34,669 bases of DNA from a virus (taxonomy: Duplodnaviria; Caudoviricetes). Position numbers and translations under genes: made by a program. Positions 1 to 9,697 of this stretch are shown here, piece after piece. Each line of letters begins with the position of its first letter. The first letter of the stretch is position 1. The stretch lies in the IMG/VR virus record IMGVR_UViG_3300032225_002837, positions 1-34,669 of that record, one strand, 5' to 3'. Under the pieces are notes generated by a model. The model ran no database searches. It was not told the DNA's origin and saw only the letters and a program-made list of their open reading frames with translations.

Positions 1-1449
1 AGGTAGCCCTGTGGCCGTCCACGATGTCGCAGGCCGATCCAGCGCGTCATCGAGAGCCGGAGTCGCAGTAAACGCCACCCCCACCTTGCCCGTAAAGCTC
101 TGCCCAGCCGTGATAATCGGCGGATTCCTCCCGATCGAGATTACCGCCGTCTCCGTCCCCGTGCCCCCCGGCCCCGTGGCTGTGAGCGTGATCGTCGTGC
201 TGCCGCTGTCCTGCGGCGTGCCTGTGATCGCGCCTGTGGCTGTATTCAGCGTCGCCCAACTTGGCAGCCCTGTGGCCGCCCAGCTTGTGACCGGGCGGTT
301 CGCGCTGTCGGTGAGAGAAAATGTCTTGGTAAAGGCCGTGCCCACCGTTCCCGAGGCAGCCTGCCCAGCCGTGATGATCGGGACGCCATCTGAGATGGCA
401 AAAGTAACGTAAGCAGTTTCGAGCGGAGCGGGCGTGGCTTGTCCAAAAAGCGGAGCTTGCCAGACAATCAAGGTGCCATCTGTTTTAATAGCAACAGCAT
501 TGTTGTCTGCGATCGCAATAGCCGCCGCAGACAGATTTGGCGGGATAGTCGCCTCCCCATAGTCCGACCTCCCCCACCCAACGACCGTGCCGTCACTCTT
601 AAGCGCTAGGGCGCTATCAAAGCCCGCCGCGATTGCAACTACATTAGAGAGACCAGCCGGAATGTTCGTTTGCCCATAAGTATTATCCCCCCAACCAACG
701 ACCGTCCCGTTTGATTTGAGTGCGAGCGAAAATCTCCACCCCGCTGAAATGGCGGTAACGCTTGAGAGACCAGCCGGAATGGTAGTTTGCCCATAAGTAG
801 TATCTCCCCACCCAACGACCGTGCCGTTGCTTTTTAATGCAAGTGAAAAATACCCTCCACCAGAAATGGCAGTAACACTCGATAGACCTGCCGGGATGGT
901 TGTTTGCCCATAAGTATTATTCCCCCAACCAACGACCGTCCCATCTGATTTGAGTGCGAGCGAATGCGCCCAGCCCGCCGCGACAGCCGTCACGCTGGAA
1001 AGTCCCGATGGGATCGTTATTTGATAAACACTATTGTCACCCCAGCCAACCACTTCCCCGTTATTCTTTACGGCAAGCGCAAAACCACCATTGGATGCCC
1101 CCGCAGCAATCCCGACTACGCCGGAAAGCCCCGTAGGCACTGTTGATTGGCCTTGAAAATTATCCCCCCACGCAACAATTGTTCCGTCGTCTTTTAAGGC
1201 TAGTGCAAACGACCGCGCAATCGCAACTTTTGCGAATCCCGCAGGATACTGAATCGCCGAACTAAAACTCCCCTTCGTCGTCGGAATGCCCGAAATCAAC
1301 CCACTTGTTCCGTTCAACGATAAGCCAGCGGGCAAACTGCTCCCGTTCGCCAAAGCCCATGAACTAATAGTCCCCGTATAAGCAGGCGTTTGGGAAAAAT
1401 CTACGCCAACCTTCCCAGCAAACGACCGCCCGGATGTGATGACTCCCAT
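1..1449 (-). CDS. Tail/adhesin protein with putative Ig (He_PIG-like) domains flanking an RCC1-like beta-propeller; 3' end truncated by the window
   Basis: Absent from the ORF track. ATG at 1449 reads MGVITSGRSFAGKVG..LPAGLSLNGTSGLISGIPT, then repeats of SLALKSDGTVVGWGxNTYGQTTIPAGLSSVTAI, then TGLPSWATLNTATGAITGTP. The frame is open to base 1. Confidence 0.88.
   Translation of the reverse strand, partial: MGVITSGRSFAGKVGVDFSQTPAYTGTISSWALANGSSLPAGLSLNGTSGLISGIPTTKGSFSSAIQYPAGFAKVAIARSFALALKDDGTIVAWGDNFQGQSTVPTGLSGVVGIAAGASNGGFALAVKNNGEVVGWGDNSVYQITIPSGLSSVTAVAAGWAHSLALKSDGTVVGWGNNTYGQTTIPAGLSSVTAISGGGYFSLALKSNGTVVGWGDTTYGQTTIPAGLSSVTAISAGWRFSLALKSNGTVVGWGDNTYGQTNIPAGLSNVVAIAAGFDSALALKSDGTVVGWGRSDYGEATIPPNLSAAAIAIADNNAVAIKTDGTLIVWQAPLFGQATPAPLETAYVTFAISDGVPIITAGQAASGTVGTAFTKTFSLTDSANRPVTSWAATGLPSWATLNTATGAITGTPQDSGSTTITLTATGPGGTGTETAVISIGRNPPIITAGQSFTGKVGVAFTATPALDDALDRPATSWTATGLP
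470..1230 (-). repeat. About 7 RCC1-like repeats of ~39 aa (117 bp)
   Basis: CCCCA(A/C)CCAACGACCGT recurs at 117-bp spacing (~573, 690, 807, 924), with degenerate flanking copies. Confidence 0.85.
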
Positions 1450-1453
1450 GGCT

Positions 1454-2236
1454 TTACGCCGCCTCCCTTCGGATTCGCAGCAGGAACGGTTGCGTGGTCA
1501 CGGGGTTGAGGAGAGGGGCGCTGGCGCCCTGGGGTTTCTCGAAGTCCAGCGTCAGCGTGCAGCGCACATTGCCTTCCGTGCCCGTGTCGGTCTCGAAATC
1601 ATCCAGCCAGGTGCCCAAATCCGGGGAATCCAGCGGCACATGCAGGAAAAACCGCGTCTCGAAGGCTCCTTGGAGGACTTCCACCGAGCGGCGGAAGGTC
1701 CACGCGGGCGTCTCGTAGAAGGGCGGCAGGGTCGCATCGGTCGTTCCCATCGCGAGCCGCGCCATCGCCAGGCGCGGCGTGAATTCCGTGCTGCCTTCTG
1801 TGAAGGCCAGGGAGAGCAGCAGCCCCTCGCCGAATTTGCCCTGCCCGGCGGCCGCCTCGAGCGCCGGCACGCCGGAGATGGCTGGGCGGGCGGGGGCCGG
1901 ATCGGGCAGGGTCACCGCCCAGGTTTGGGTATCGACCACGAGTTTCTTGGTGATTTCCTGCGAGGCGGTTTCGAAGACCCCGATCGTGAAGGTCTCCGGC
2001 GCGCTCGCCCCTTCGGCGTTCGAGGCCGTGAGCGTGAGTTGCCACACGCCGGGCGAGGTGCCCGCGCCCGCGAGCATGCCGGTGAGGGCGTTGAAGACAA
2101 AGCCGTGCGGCACCACCTGGTGCGCGGCGAGGCTCCAGAGGGTGGGATTTCCGGTCGCGGCGAATTGGAAAACGAATGGCTGCCCCAGGGCAAATGCCAG
2201 GGCTCCTTGGGTTTTGCTGATGATCGGGATGGACAT
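1454..2236 (-). CDS. Tail-tip protein with N-terminal putative Ig domain
   Basis: FQFAATGNPTLWS..PHGFVFNALTGMLAG..LTLTASNAEG is He_PIG-like. Lies in the tail operon. Confidence 0.75.
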   Translation of the reverse strand: MSIPIISKTQGALAFALGQPFVFQFAATGNPTLWSLAAHQVVPHGFVFNALTGMLAGAGTSPGVWQLTLTASNAEGASAPETFTIGVFETASQEITKKLVVDTQTWAVTLPDPAPARPAISGVPALEAAAGQGKFGEGLLLSLAFTEGSTEFTPRLAMARLAMGTTDATLPPFYETPAWTFRRSVEVLQGAFETRFFLHVPLDSPDLGTWLDDFETDTGTEGNVRCTLTLDFEKPQGASAPLLNPVTTQPFLLRIRREAA

Positions 2237-2239
2237 GGT

Positions 2240-4837
2240 TTAGACGATGGTGGCGAGGGAGTTTTTCTCGGGGTTGAAGGCCAGCAGCACATAGCCGCGC
2301 GGATCGGCGAGATGGTCCTCGGTGTCGAAGCGCGCCAGGCGCGCGCGGAGGGCGAAGTTCGCCGTGGCCGGGGTGGTCTCGGAGGGCATCCAGCTCCCCC
2401 GGTAGAGTCGGGTTTCCGTCGTGAGCCCCCCGGCTTGGCGGCTCACGCGCACGCCGAAGAGGTGCGGGGTGCGGATCGGGGTCAGGCGCAGCGGGCAGGC
2501 CACCAGCGGGGTCGTGGCCCAGGTGATGCCCGAGATGTTCGTGCCCGAGGGGCTCGGCAGGTTGTTGAAAGTGCCGTGCTCGAGGAGCAGCACCCATTGC
2601 GCGCGGGTTTCGCTGCGCAGGATTTGGGTTTGGAAATCCACCAGCAGGGTGAAGACCGCCCCGATCGGCAGCATCGCCTCGTTCACATCCAGCAGCACGA
2701 GTTCGCGCTCGAAATCCTGCGGGTGCCAGGTGGTCGTCGTCCCCTCGCGCGCCACGCGATACCATAGGCGGCCGTCGCACGCCACATGGTCTCCCGCCTT
2801 GAGCACCGTGCCCGCGCGCCCGAGACCTCCGGAAAGCCGGAAATCCGCGCCCGTCTGGTTCTGGAAAATCCGGCCTGCGAGCGAGGCCGAAGCGGCCGGC
2901 AGCGGGGTCGGCAGCGCTTCGCTCGCCGCATCGTGGATGGCCGGGAGGAGTCCGCCGGGCTTCGGCAGCGAGGAGGCCGCCACCTCCATGCTCGAGGAGG
3001 TCGCGCGGCCGGGGTAGAGTTCGATCCATTGCGGCAGGGCGAAGCTCAGGGCCAGCTTGTTCGCCCCGCCTCCGCCGAGCACCTTCTTGATCGCCTCCAC
3101 AAAGCCGGGCGCTTGCGAGAGATCGCCCAAAAGCGCCATGTTCAACTTGCCACCGGCTCCCAGCAGCGTCGTGAAGCTCGTTTCCTCGCGCTTGCGGAAT
3201 ACCAGGCTGCCATCGGCGGCCAGTCGGGGCACCTCCGGCGGGAGGATGCCGAGAGTCAGGAAGCCATCGGCATCCAGTCGCGGAATGCTCTCCGGGATTT
3301 GGTTGTCGGAAAGTTGGCCGGTGAATTTGGAAAATGGGATCTCAGGCAGCTTGTCGAGCGGGATTTGCGGCCAGAGTTCCAGAGGGTTTCCCGAAGCCGC
3401 CAAGGCGTTGAGGGCCGCGCGCAGGCCCTCGATGTCGTCGATCGGGTGGCCGTGCTCCAGGAGCCGGTTTGCGGAGTCCGCCGAGGAGACGATCACCGTG
3501 TAGCGATCCGCCTCCGGCGGCTCGGCGAAGGTGATCCGCACCTGGTTTTCGTTCACGAGCAGGGCGGCATATTCGTTGTCGGGCACGCGCCGGTTTGTCT
3601 GCGTGTCGCGCACCGTCACATGCACATTCAGCGTGCCGAGGTTGTGGGTGAGCGTCCAGACCAGTGCGATGCTGTCCCCCACCGGGGCCACATACCCGCC
3701 CACGCCCACCACCTCCGCCTGGCGGTCATGGGGCGGATTGGCTTCGGGTTCGAGTTCCTCCAGCCAGCCCGGTTCCTCGGCCGTGAGCATCGAGCTGTCG
3801 AGCATGTCGTTGAGCAGCGTGGCGGAGACTTGGAAGAGGGTTTGGCTGTGGCTGGTGGTCACCAGTTCGCACTCCAGGCTCAGGTCGCCCACCGAGGCGC
3901 GGCCATCCAGCAGGAGTTCCGCCCCCGGCACATCCAGCGAGAGCAGGCCCGTGGGCGAGGTGCCGCTCTCCTGGTCGTGCATGGTCACCGTGAAAGGGGC
4001 CTGCGGTGCCAGCCCGAGCGGGCCGAGGCATTCGATGTAAAAGACGCCCTCGCGCGGGTTGGAGACCCCGAAGCGGTTCACCCCGTCCGTGAAGAGGGCG
4101 TTGAGGGCGTCGCCGAGCGCCGTGGTGCTGAGGGTGGCCACGCGCAGGAGCGTGGTGGAGAGTCCATTCCAGACGAGATCGAACGAGCCGGTTGCGGCCG
4201 CAGGCACATTGAGGGTGAGCACCGCGTTGCGCGTGCCCGTGCCCGACCTCGCCACCCCGCAGGTCACCGGCGGCGGGGTGGGGATGGCAAAGTGGTCCAC
4301 GAAAGCGATCGGAGCCTGGAAAACCTTCACGAACTGCAGCCAGCCCGAGTCCGTCTGGTAGTGCGAGACGCGCGCGAAGCATTTCGGGGCCAGCCGGTTT
4401 TTCACCACGGAAAGTTGGGTGTCCGCGAAAGTGGCTTCCGTGTTGTTCCAGCGCACTTGGAAGATGTTCGGCGCTCCGGCCTCCGCCACACTCACCCCGC
4501 CCAGGGCGGCGACGCTGCCGAGGGCGTTCAAGGCCGTTGCAAAGGCGTTTTTCGAGACATTCCAGGCGAGGTCGGTCGTTTCCTGTTCGCCGTGTTTGAT
4601 CCGGAAGGTCCCGGAGGTCGGCGGCGCGTCGATGTAGCCGAGGCCGAGCTTGATCGTCTCGAAGTCGGGGCGCACCTCGCGCATCGTCCGCGAGTCGGGC
4701 ACCGCCTCCAGAAAATGCAGGATCACCCGGTAGCGGTCCCCCTGCACGAAGGGCGGCAGCTTGGGCGAGGTGGATTTGGCCGGGCCCGTCACGAGGCGGC
4801 GCTCGGGCAGGCTGATGTAGAGGTCGAGGTTGTTCAT
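2240..4837 (-). CDS. Large tail-tip/fibre protein (865 aa)
   Basis: Fibre-type motifs WTLTHNLGTLNVHVTV and HGHPIDDIEGL; BppU-like N-terminus (FVQGDRYRVILHF); position in the tail operon. Confidence 0.75.
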   Translation of the reverse strand: MNNLDLYISLPERRLVTGPAKSTSPKLPPFVQGDRYRVILHFLEAVPDSRTMREVRPDFETIKLGLGYIDAPPTSGTFRIKHGEQETTDLAWNVSKNAFATALNALGSVAALGGVSVAEAGAPNIFQVRWNNTEATFADTQLSVVKNRLAPKCFARVSHYQTDSGWLQFVKVFQAPIAFVDHFAIPTPPPVTCGVARSGTGTRNAVLTLNVPAAATGSFDLVWNGLSTTLLRVATLSTTALGDALNALFTDGVNRFGVSNPREGVFYIECLGPLGLAPQAPFTVTMHDQESGTSPTGLLSLDVPGAELLLDGRASVGDLSLECELVTTSHSQTLFQVSATLLNDMLDSSMLTAEEPGWLEELEPEANPPHDRQAEVVGVGGYVAPVGDSIALVWTLTHNLGTLNVHVTVRDTQTNRRVPDNEYAALLVNENQVRITFAEPPEADRYTVIVSSADSANRLLEHGHPIDDIEGLRAALNALAASGNPLELWPQIPLDKLPEIPFSKFTGQLSDNQIPESIPRLDADGFLTLGILPPEVPRLAADGSLVFRKREETSFTTLLGAGGKLNMALLGDLSQAPGFVEAIKKVLGGGGANKLALSFALPQWIELYPGRATSSSMEVAASSLPKPGGLLPAIHDAASEALPTPLPAASASLAGRIFQNQTGADFRLSGGLGRAGTVLKAGDHVACDGRLWYRVAREGTTTTWHPQDFERELVLLDVNEAMLPIGAVFTLLVDFQTQILRSETRAQWVLLLEHGTFNNLPSPSGTNISGITWATTPLVACPLRLTPIRTPHLFGVRVSRQAGGLTTETRLYRGSWMPSETTPATANFALRARLARFDTEDHLADPRGYVLLAFNPEKNSLATIV

Positions 4838-4947
4838 GGTTCGAGTGGTTCCTGGGTTTCAGCCACCGGCTCCGGCAGGTCGCGGGCGGAGGCCTCCGCT
4901 TTCAACAGCATCTCGGCGGGGAAGGGGATGGCGGGTCGGTCAGCCAT
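4834..4947 (-). CDS. Small hypothetical protein (37 aa, MADRPAIPFPAEMLL...)
   Basis: Fills the gap exactly. Its start overlaps the upstream stop and its TGA overlaps the downstream ATG (ATGA). Confidence 0.5.
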   Translation of the reverse strand: MADRPAIPFPAEMLLKAEASARDLPEPVAETQEPLEP

Positions 4948-5848
4948 GGGTCCAGAATTCGGTGGGGTCGAGCTGCTGCTCGATGTTGGTGATCGCCGCG
5001 TTGGCCGAAGCCGCCAGCGCTTGGTTCGTCAGGTTAAAGCCCATCAGAAAGGAATCGGCGAATCCCAGGCCGATGCCGCCGAAGCTGGGCAGCGTCGGCA
5101 GGGTGGGATCCACCTTTTGCAAGTCGGGCTCGTAGGCAGCGGCCGCGAGGTTCCAGAAGACCAGTTGGCGCACCGCCACCGCTTCCAATTCCCCGCCGGA
5201 GCCCCGCACCTGGTAAATCCTCGCCAGCTCGAGGAGTTCCCCCACGCGCGCCTGCCGGATCGCGGCCGGGTTCGCCTTCCCGGCATACACCCGGAACCGC
5301 TTGGGCAGCACCCGCGTCAGCACGATGTTGAAGGGAAACGCGGCAAGCACCACGCCGGCCGCATGGAATTTCGCACCCGTGGAGGCGCTTTCGCGCAAAT
5401 CCTTCGGCACCCGCTCCGGCTTCCGCTCCGTCCAATCCTTGCCGCCGGGGTCCAGATCCACGAGCAGGGTGGGCGGCTCGGCTTCGTGCAGCGGGCGGTC
5501 CCAGTAGTCTTTCAGAAAATCGTTCTTCGGGTCCTCCGCCTTGGCTGCCTCCCACGCCGCGCGCGAGGTCTCGGGCAGGGGACCTCGCGGGTCGTCCTTC
5601 GCCTTCCACACGATCGTGGCCGCCTGGTCGTTCACGCACCCCGCCGCCACGCGCACGCGGAGTTTTTCGGCTCCCGGCTCACCCTCGCGCGCCACGGTCA
5701 CCCGCCAGGGGTGGGGAAAAACCCCGGCGGGCGGCAGCACCTCCACTTGCGGGGTGAGGGCGCGCACCGCCTCCACCAGGCGGTTCCACTCGCTGGCGCG
5801 CACCGCCCCACCCGGCGTGGCATTGGCAGGCAGGGGCACGGAGATCAT
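4940..5848 (-). CDS. Tail-tip region hypothetical protein
   Basis: Likely start MISVPLP at 5848, with ATGA overlap on the upstream stop. N-terminal VRASEWNRLVEAVRAL resembles the neighbouring gene. Confidence 0.75.
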   Translation of the reverse strand: MISVPLPANATPGGAVRASEWNRLVEAVRALTPQVEVLPPAGVFPHPWRVTVAREGEPGAEKLRVRVAAGCVNDQAATIVWKAKDDPRGPLPETSRAAWEAAKAEDPKNDFLKDYWDRPLHEAEPPTLLVDLDPGGKDWTERKPERVPKDLRESASTGAKFHAAGVVLAAFPFNIVLTRVLPKRFRVYAGKANPAAIRQARVGELLELARIYQVRGSGGELEAVAVRQLVFWNLAAAAYEPDLQKVDPTLPTLPSFGGIGLGFADSFLMGFNLTNQALAASANAAITNIEQQLDPTEFWTHG

Positions 5849-6444
5849 CGGGCGAAAAAGAGGTGCCGTGCCTTGCCGTTGGATTTGCGGGCGGCGGGGA
5901 AATGCCCCAGGTTGAAATGCACCGCCTGGTGCGCGAGTTGCCATTGGTCGCCATTCCGGCGCAGGATCGCGAGGAGCTTCCAGGCCACCCACTCTCCCGG
6001 CGCGGGCGGTTTCTCCTGGAAGACCGGCTCGGCCTTCTCGATCCGCCAGTTCTCCTTTTTCAAGGTGATTTTCAGATACAGGTAGCCCTCCGGCTTCGAG
6101 GGTTTCGGCAGCGGCAGCTTGGGGGGCGGTATGTCCGGCTTGGCGGGATCGCCGCCGATCTTCTTCCCTCCGATCTCCGGCTCGATCCCCTCGATCAGCC
6201 CGCGCCCGATCTCGGCCGCCTGCCCCGTGCCCGCCTCGTCGGCCCCGAGCCGCACCTGGAAGGCTCCGCCTATCGGAACCGCCTGCGGCCGCGCCGTCAC
6301 CAAGGTGCCCGAGGGCGTGCGCGAAACCCGCACCTGCGCTCCCGAGACAATCTGCGAGGCGCGCAAATGCTCCAGCAGCGCGTTCCACTTCGCCGCGCTC
6401 ACCGGTTCGTCCTCCTGCACCTTCAAGTCGAGTAGCGATTTCAT
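5845..6444 (-). CDS. Tail-tip region hypothetical protein
   Basis: Coupled overlaps on both sides. VSAAKWNALLEHLRA motif is shared with the downstream gene. Confidence 0.75.
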   Translation of the reverse strand: MKSLLDLKVQEDEPVSAAKWNALLEHLRASQIVSGAQVRVSRTPSGTLVTARPQAVPIGGAFQVRLGADEAGTGQAAEIGRGLIEGIEPEIGGKKIGGDPAKPDIPPPKLPLPKPSKPEGYLYLKITLKKENWRIEKAEPVFQEKPPAPGEWVAWKLLAILRRNGDQWQLAHQAVHFNLGHFPAARKSNGKARHLFFAR

Positions 6445-7124
6445 TCCTCATAAATTTCGGGAATCCACCCGCCGCGTCCGCTCAGCGTCCATTCCACGGT
6501 GATTTCCCACGAATTCCCCCGTCCCCGGATTCGCACCGCCGTCTTCAACCAGTTCCGATCCGAATCGACCTGGGGAATTTTGCCATCCGGTTCCGCGATC
6601 CGTCCCAATCGTCGAACTTCCTCCTCTGGGATGTCCCCTTCCACCACCCAGCTCTTGCGCCAGACGATCCCGATATCCAGCCAGGTCGTGAGCCCATACA
6701 CCGGCGAGATCGACCCGCGATCCTCACCCACATCCGCTTTGGCAGCTTGGGGAGCCTTCTCGGGGAAGCCCACGGTGCCATCGGACAGCGCCTGCCAGCC
6801 ATAGGTCTTTTTCAGCACCTCGAATTTCGGATGCACCTCGATCGGCTTCTCCGAGAGCGTGCTGTCGCATTCGAAGGTGAACAGATCGCCCTCGCGTGCG
6901 TTGGGATCCTTGCCTTGGAAGATGGCGATCACATCATACCCGCCGCCCGACCTCCGCTTGAACTTGCGCGAGATGCGCTTGAGATCGTCCCAGCTATCGT
7001 CGGCCACCTTCCATTTTGTTTCCTCGTCAGGCGCGAAATAGGTCACGGTGACCGTGGCGAGCCCCCGCTCGTCCACGCCTCCCTCCACATCCACGGGATT
7101 TCGATTGGTATCGGAATAAATCAT
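6441..7124 (-). CDS. Putative distal tail/hub protein
   Basis: Start MIYSD at 7124 overlaps the tape-measure stop. Beta-rich. First gene after the tape measure. Confidence 0.65.
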   Translation of the reverse strand: MIYSDTNRNPVDVEGGVDERGLATVTVTYFAPDEETKWKVADDSWDDLKRISRKFKRRSGGGYDVIAIFQGKDPNAREGDLFTFECDSTLSEKPIEVHPKFEVLKKTYGWQALSDGTVGFPEKAPQAAKADVGEDRGSISPVYGLTTWLDIGIVWRKSWVVEGDIPEEEVRRLGRIAEPDGKIPQVDSDRNWLKTAVRIRGRGNSWEITVEWTLSGRGGWIPEIYEE

Positions 7125-9592
7125 GCGGCGAATCGGGCTGTCTGATCGATTTTCACGGGTTTCTGGGAGATGTATTGTTTGAGCAGGGCGTTCGTCTGCT
7201 CCTGGCTCACGATGAGTCTCTGGCGGGCCCCGGCCTCCGCATCGCGGGCGGGCACATACCGCTCGCCAGCCGCCCCGCCATAGCGGGCCATGGCCGAGAA
7301 CACGGAATTTGGCTTCGTCTCCTTTTCCTGCTCCAGATTGGCTTTGCGCCGGGCGAAGTCCTCGGGATTCGCGACGCCGGCGTCTTTCGCCTCTTTGAGT
7401 TGGGCCGTGTAGTCCTGCACCCACTTCACGCGGGCCGCCTCCTCCTTGTTGCCCGAGGCCATCGCCTCCTCGTATCGGAGGCCCAGCTCCATGCCTTGGC
7501 GTCGCGTGCCCTTGTCGGCGGTTTCTTTGGCGGCGTTGGCGTCGGCCCCACGGGTCGCGAACTTCTCGGGATTCTCGATGCCCGCCTCACGGGCTTGTTT
7601 CAGCAGGGCGTTGTAGTCCTGCATCCACTTCAAGCGCTCCACTAGTTTCTGGTTGCCGGAGGCCATCGCCTCCGAGAGTTGCAATTCCGCTTCGAGGGCG
7701 GCGCGGGTTTCCGCCTTCGCCGCCGCCTCCTTGGCCTGGGCTTCGGCCTTCGCCGCCGCCTCCTTGGCCTGGGCTTCGGCCTTCGTGCGTTTGTCCTTGG
7801 CGATCTTGGCTTCGAGTTCGTTGATCTGGCGCGTGATCTCCAGCACCTTCGCGGCCGCCTCCTCGCGTTCCTTGCCACCGATTTCCGGCCGGCTGGAATC
7901 CACTATGCCGGCCTGCTTTTTGAGTTCCGGCCGCAGGACGGCAAGCTTCTTCTCATCGCTGAGTGCCTCGAACGCGGCCCGTTGATTTTCCTCGGCCAAA
8001 CCCGTCGCGAGGTTTTTTTGCACTTCGCCTCGCTGGGCATTGCGCTCGGCATTCTTCGCGGCCGCATCCTTGGCCTGGGCTTGGGCCTCGATCTGCCCCC
8101 CATCCTTTCGGCCCAGAGTCTCCAAAAGGCGCTCGAGCGCGGAGATGTCCTGCGACACCACCCGTTTCTCCATGGTCTGGTTCCAGCCCATGCCTTTGAG
8201 TTCGGCGCGGGAGGTCTCCAGGCGCTTGCCCGCCTCGTCCTTGAGGTCCTGCAATTCCTTGGCGGAGCCGAGTTTTGTTGCTCGCTCCATGAGCTGGCCC
8301 ACCTCGTTTCGCCCCAGCCGCTCGTTCGCGGCCCGCACATCCGCTTCGGTGGAGGCCCCTCCGGCGGCGAGGCTCGAGGCCCAATTGAAAAACTTGTCCT
8401 GGATTTCGTTTCCGATCCCCACGCCGATCGCCACGCCTCCCATCGGGCCGATCAGGCCCGCCAGCGCGTTGCCGAAGCCCGCGAGCTTCCCGGTCACGCC
8501 CCCGAGCGCGGTGGAGAGGGCTTTCCAATCGGCGGCCGGGCCTGCGGCACCCCGCCCCGGAACTCCCGCACCTCCCGCGCCCCGCATGGCACCTCCACCA
8601 CCCCGCGCCGCCGCATTGGCGGCCTGGGCGGCGGTGTTGGCGTTCAGTGCGGCCGTTTCCGCCGCCAGGGCGGTGGTGCTGGCTGTCACCTTCCCGGCGA
8701 AGGCCGCGAGGCCCGCCAGGGTTTTTTCGAGCACGAATTGCGTGCCCAGCACCACGGCCAGCGGGGCGGCGATGCGGAGGAGTTCGGCCAGCCCGTTCAC
8801 CAGTTGCCCGACCTCGCGGCCGAGGGTGGTGAAATCCATCGCGTTCGCCTGGTCGGCGATGCTTTGGAGCATCGGGGCGATCTCCTCGGCGATCCCGGCG
8901 AAGAGCTGGGTGGCCCGCAGGCCGATCGCGTTCCAGGAATCGCCCAGCTTGTCGAAGGCGGCGGCGTTCTGCTCCATCGTATCCGCCAGGCTGCCCACCT
9001 GGTCCTTCGCCACGGAGAGGGCGGAGGCGTCGGAAAGCAGGGCCAGCATCCGGGCGCCGCTCCGGCCAAAAAGTTCCATCGCCGCCCGGGTCCTGTCGGC
9101 GGGATTCTGGAGGGTTGCAAAGGCCGTGTTCAGCGTCTGCAATTGCTGCAGGGCGCTCTGGCTTTTCAGGGTCTCCATGGAAATCCCCAGCCGCTCGAAG
9201 GCCTTGCTCGTCGGCTCGCCCTCCTCGTTCACCCCGGTGAGCGCCTTTTGCAGCAGGGCGAGGGATTGGCCGGTCGCCCCGGCTCCCATCCCGGCGTTCT
9301 CGAACGCCTGCCGCAGCACGACCAGGTCGCCCACGGTCTGACCGGTGTTCGCCGAGAGGTCGCTGAGTTCCCCGCCGAGGTCGATGGCTTTTTTGACCTC
9401 CGCGAAGGTGGCCGCCACCTCGTTGAAGGCCACTTTCAGCGCCCCCACGCTCAGGAGGCCCTTCAGCGCGGTCGAGGTGCTCAGCGCCGCGCGCTTGAGG
9501 CCCTCGAGTTCCTTCATGCTGGTCTGGATGGAATCCAGGCGCTCGGTCAGGAACCGGAGCTTGATTTCAATGTTGTTGCTATTGGCGGCCAC
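7121..9592 (-). CDS. Tail tape measure protein
   Basis: 823 aa, Ala-rich and helical, with the TMP motif RTRAAMELFGRSGARML. Follows the tube and chaperone genes. Confidence 0.9.
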   Translation of the reverse strand: MAANSNNIEIKLRFLTERLDSIQTSMKELEGLKRAALSTSTALKGLLSVGALKVAFNEVAATFAEVKKAIDLGGELSDLSANTGQTVGDLVVLRQAFENAGMGAGATGQSLALLQKALTGVNEEGEPTSKAFERLGISMETLKSQSALQQLQTLNTAFATLQNPADRTRAAMELFGRSGARMLALLSDASALSVAKDQVGSLADTMEQNAAAFDKLGDSWNAIGLRATQLFAGIAEEIAPMLQSIADQANAMDFTTLGREVGQLVNGLAELLRIAAPLAVVLGTQFVLEKTLAGLAAFAGKVTASTTALAAETAALNANTAAQAANAAARGGGGAMRGAGGAGVPGRGAAGPAADWKALSTALGGVTGKLAGFGNALAGLIGPMGGVAIGVGIGNEIQDKFFNWASSLAAGGASTEADVRAANERLGRNEVGQLMERATKLGSAKELQDLKDEAGKRLETSRAELKGMGWNQTMEKRVVSQDISALERLLETLGRKDGGQIEAQAQAKDAAAKNAERNAQRGEVQKNLATGLAEENQRAAFEALSDEKKLAVLRPELKKQAGIVDSSRPEIGGKEREEAAAKVLEITRQINELEAKIAKDKRTKAEAQAKEAAAKAEAQAKEAAAKAETRAALEAELQLSEAMASGNQKLVERLKWMQDYNALLKQAREAGIENPEKFATRGADANAAKETADKGTRRQGMELGLRYEEAMASGNKEEAARVKWVQDYTAQLKEAKDAGVANPEDFARRKANLEQEKETKPNSVFSAMARYGGAAGERYVPARDAEAGARQRLIVSQEQTNALLKQYISQKPVKIDQTARFAA
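7713..7783. repeat. 33-bp tandem duplication inside the TMP (KAEAQAKEAAA x2)
   Basis: gccttcgccgccgcctccttggcctgggcttcg occurs twice in tandem. Confidence 0.8.
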
Positions 9593-9595
9593 AGG

Positions 9596-9697
9596 GTGGA
9601 GTCTTTAGTTGTGCTGGCTGTCCTGACATTGTTGATCTTGCTCGCTCCGTCCTTGTTCTGGCTCGGAGTGGCGATCTGGGTGTGGCGTCGTTTGTAA
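9596..9697 (+). CDS. Antisense 33-aa single-TM peptide (MESLVVLAVLTLLILLAPSLFWLGVAIWVWRRL)
   Basis: Very hydrophobic with a basic C-terminus and lower GC. The overlapping end of the chaperone ORF reads like a shadow translation. Confidence 0.55.
   Translation: MESLVVLAVLTLLILLAPSLFWLGVAIWVWRRL

Noticed and set aside
470-1230. Diversity-generating retroelement target
   Set aside because: No reverse transcriptase or template repeat in the window, and blade differences are not evidently adenine-specific.
2786-6085. 1099-aa plus-strand ORF (likewise 1436-2767, 7679-9697, 17763-20789, 23020-24366)
   Set aside because: Antisense shadows of GC-rich minus-strand phage genes with no motifs. Only the last 33 codons of 7679-9697 look real.
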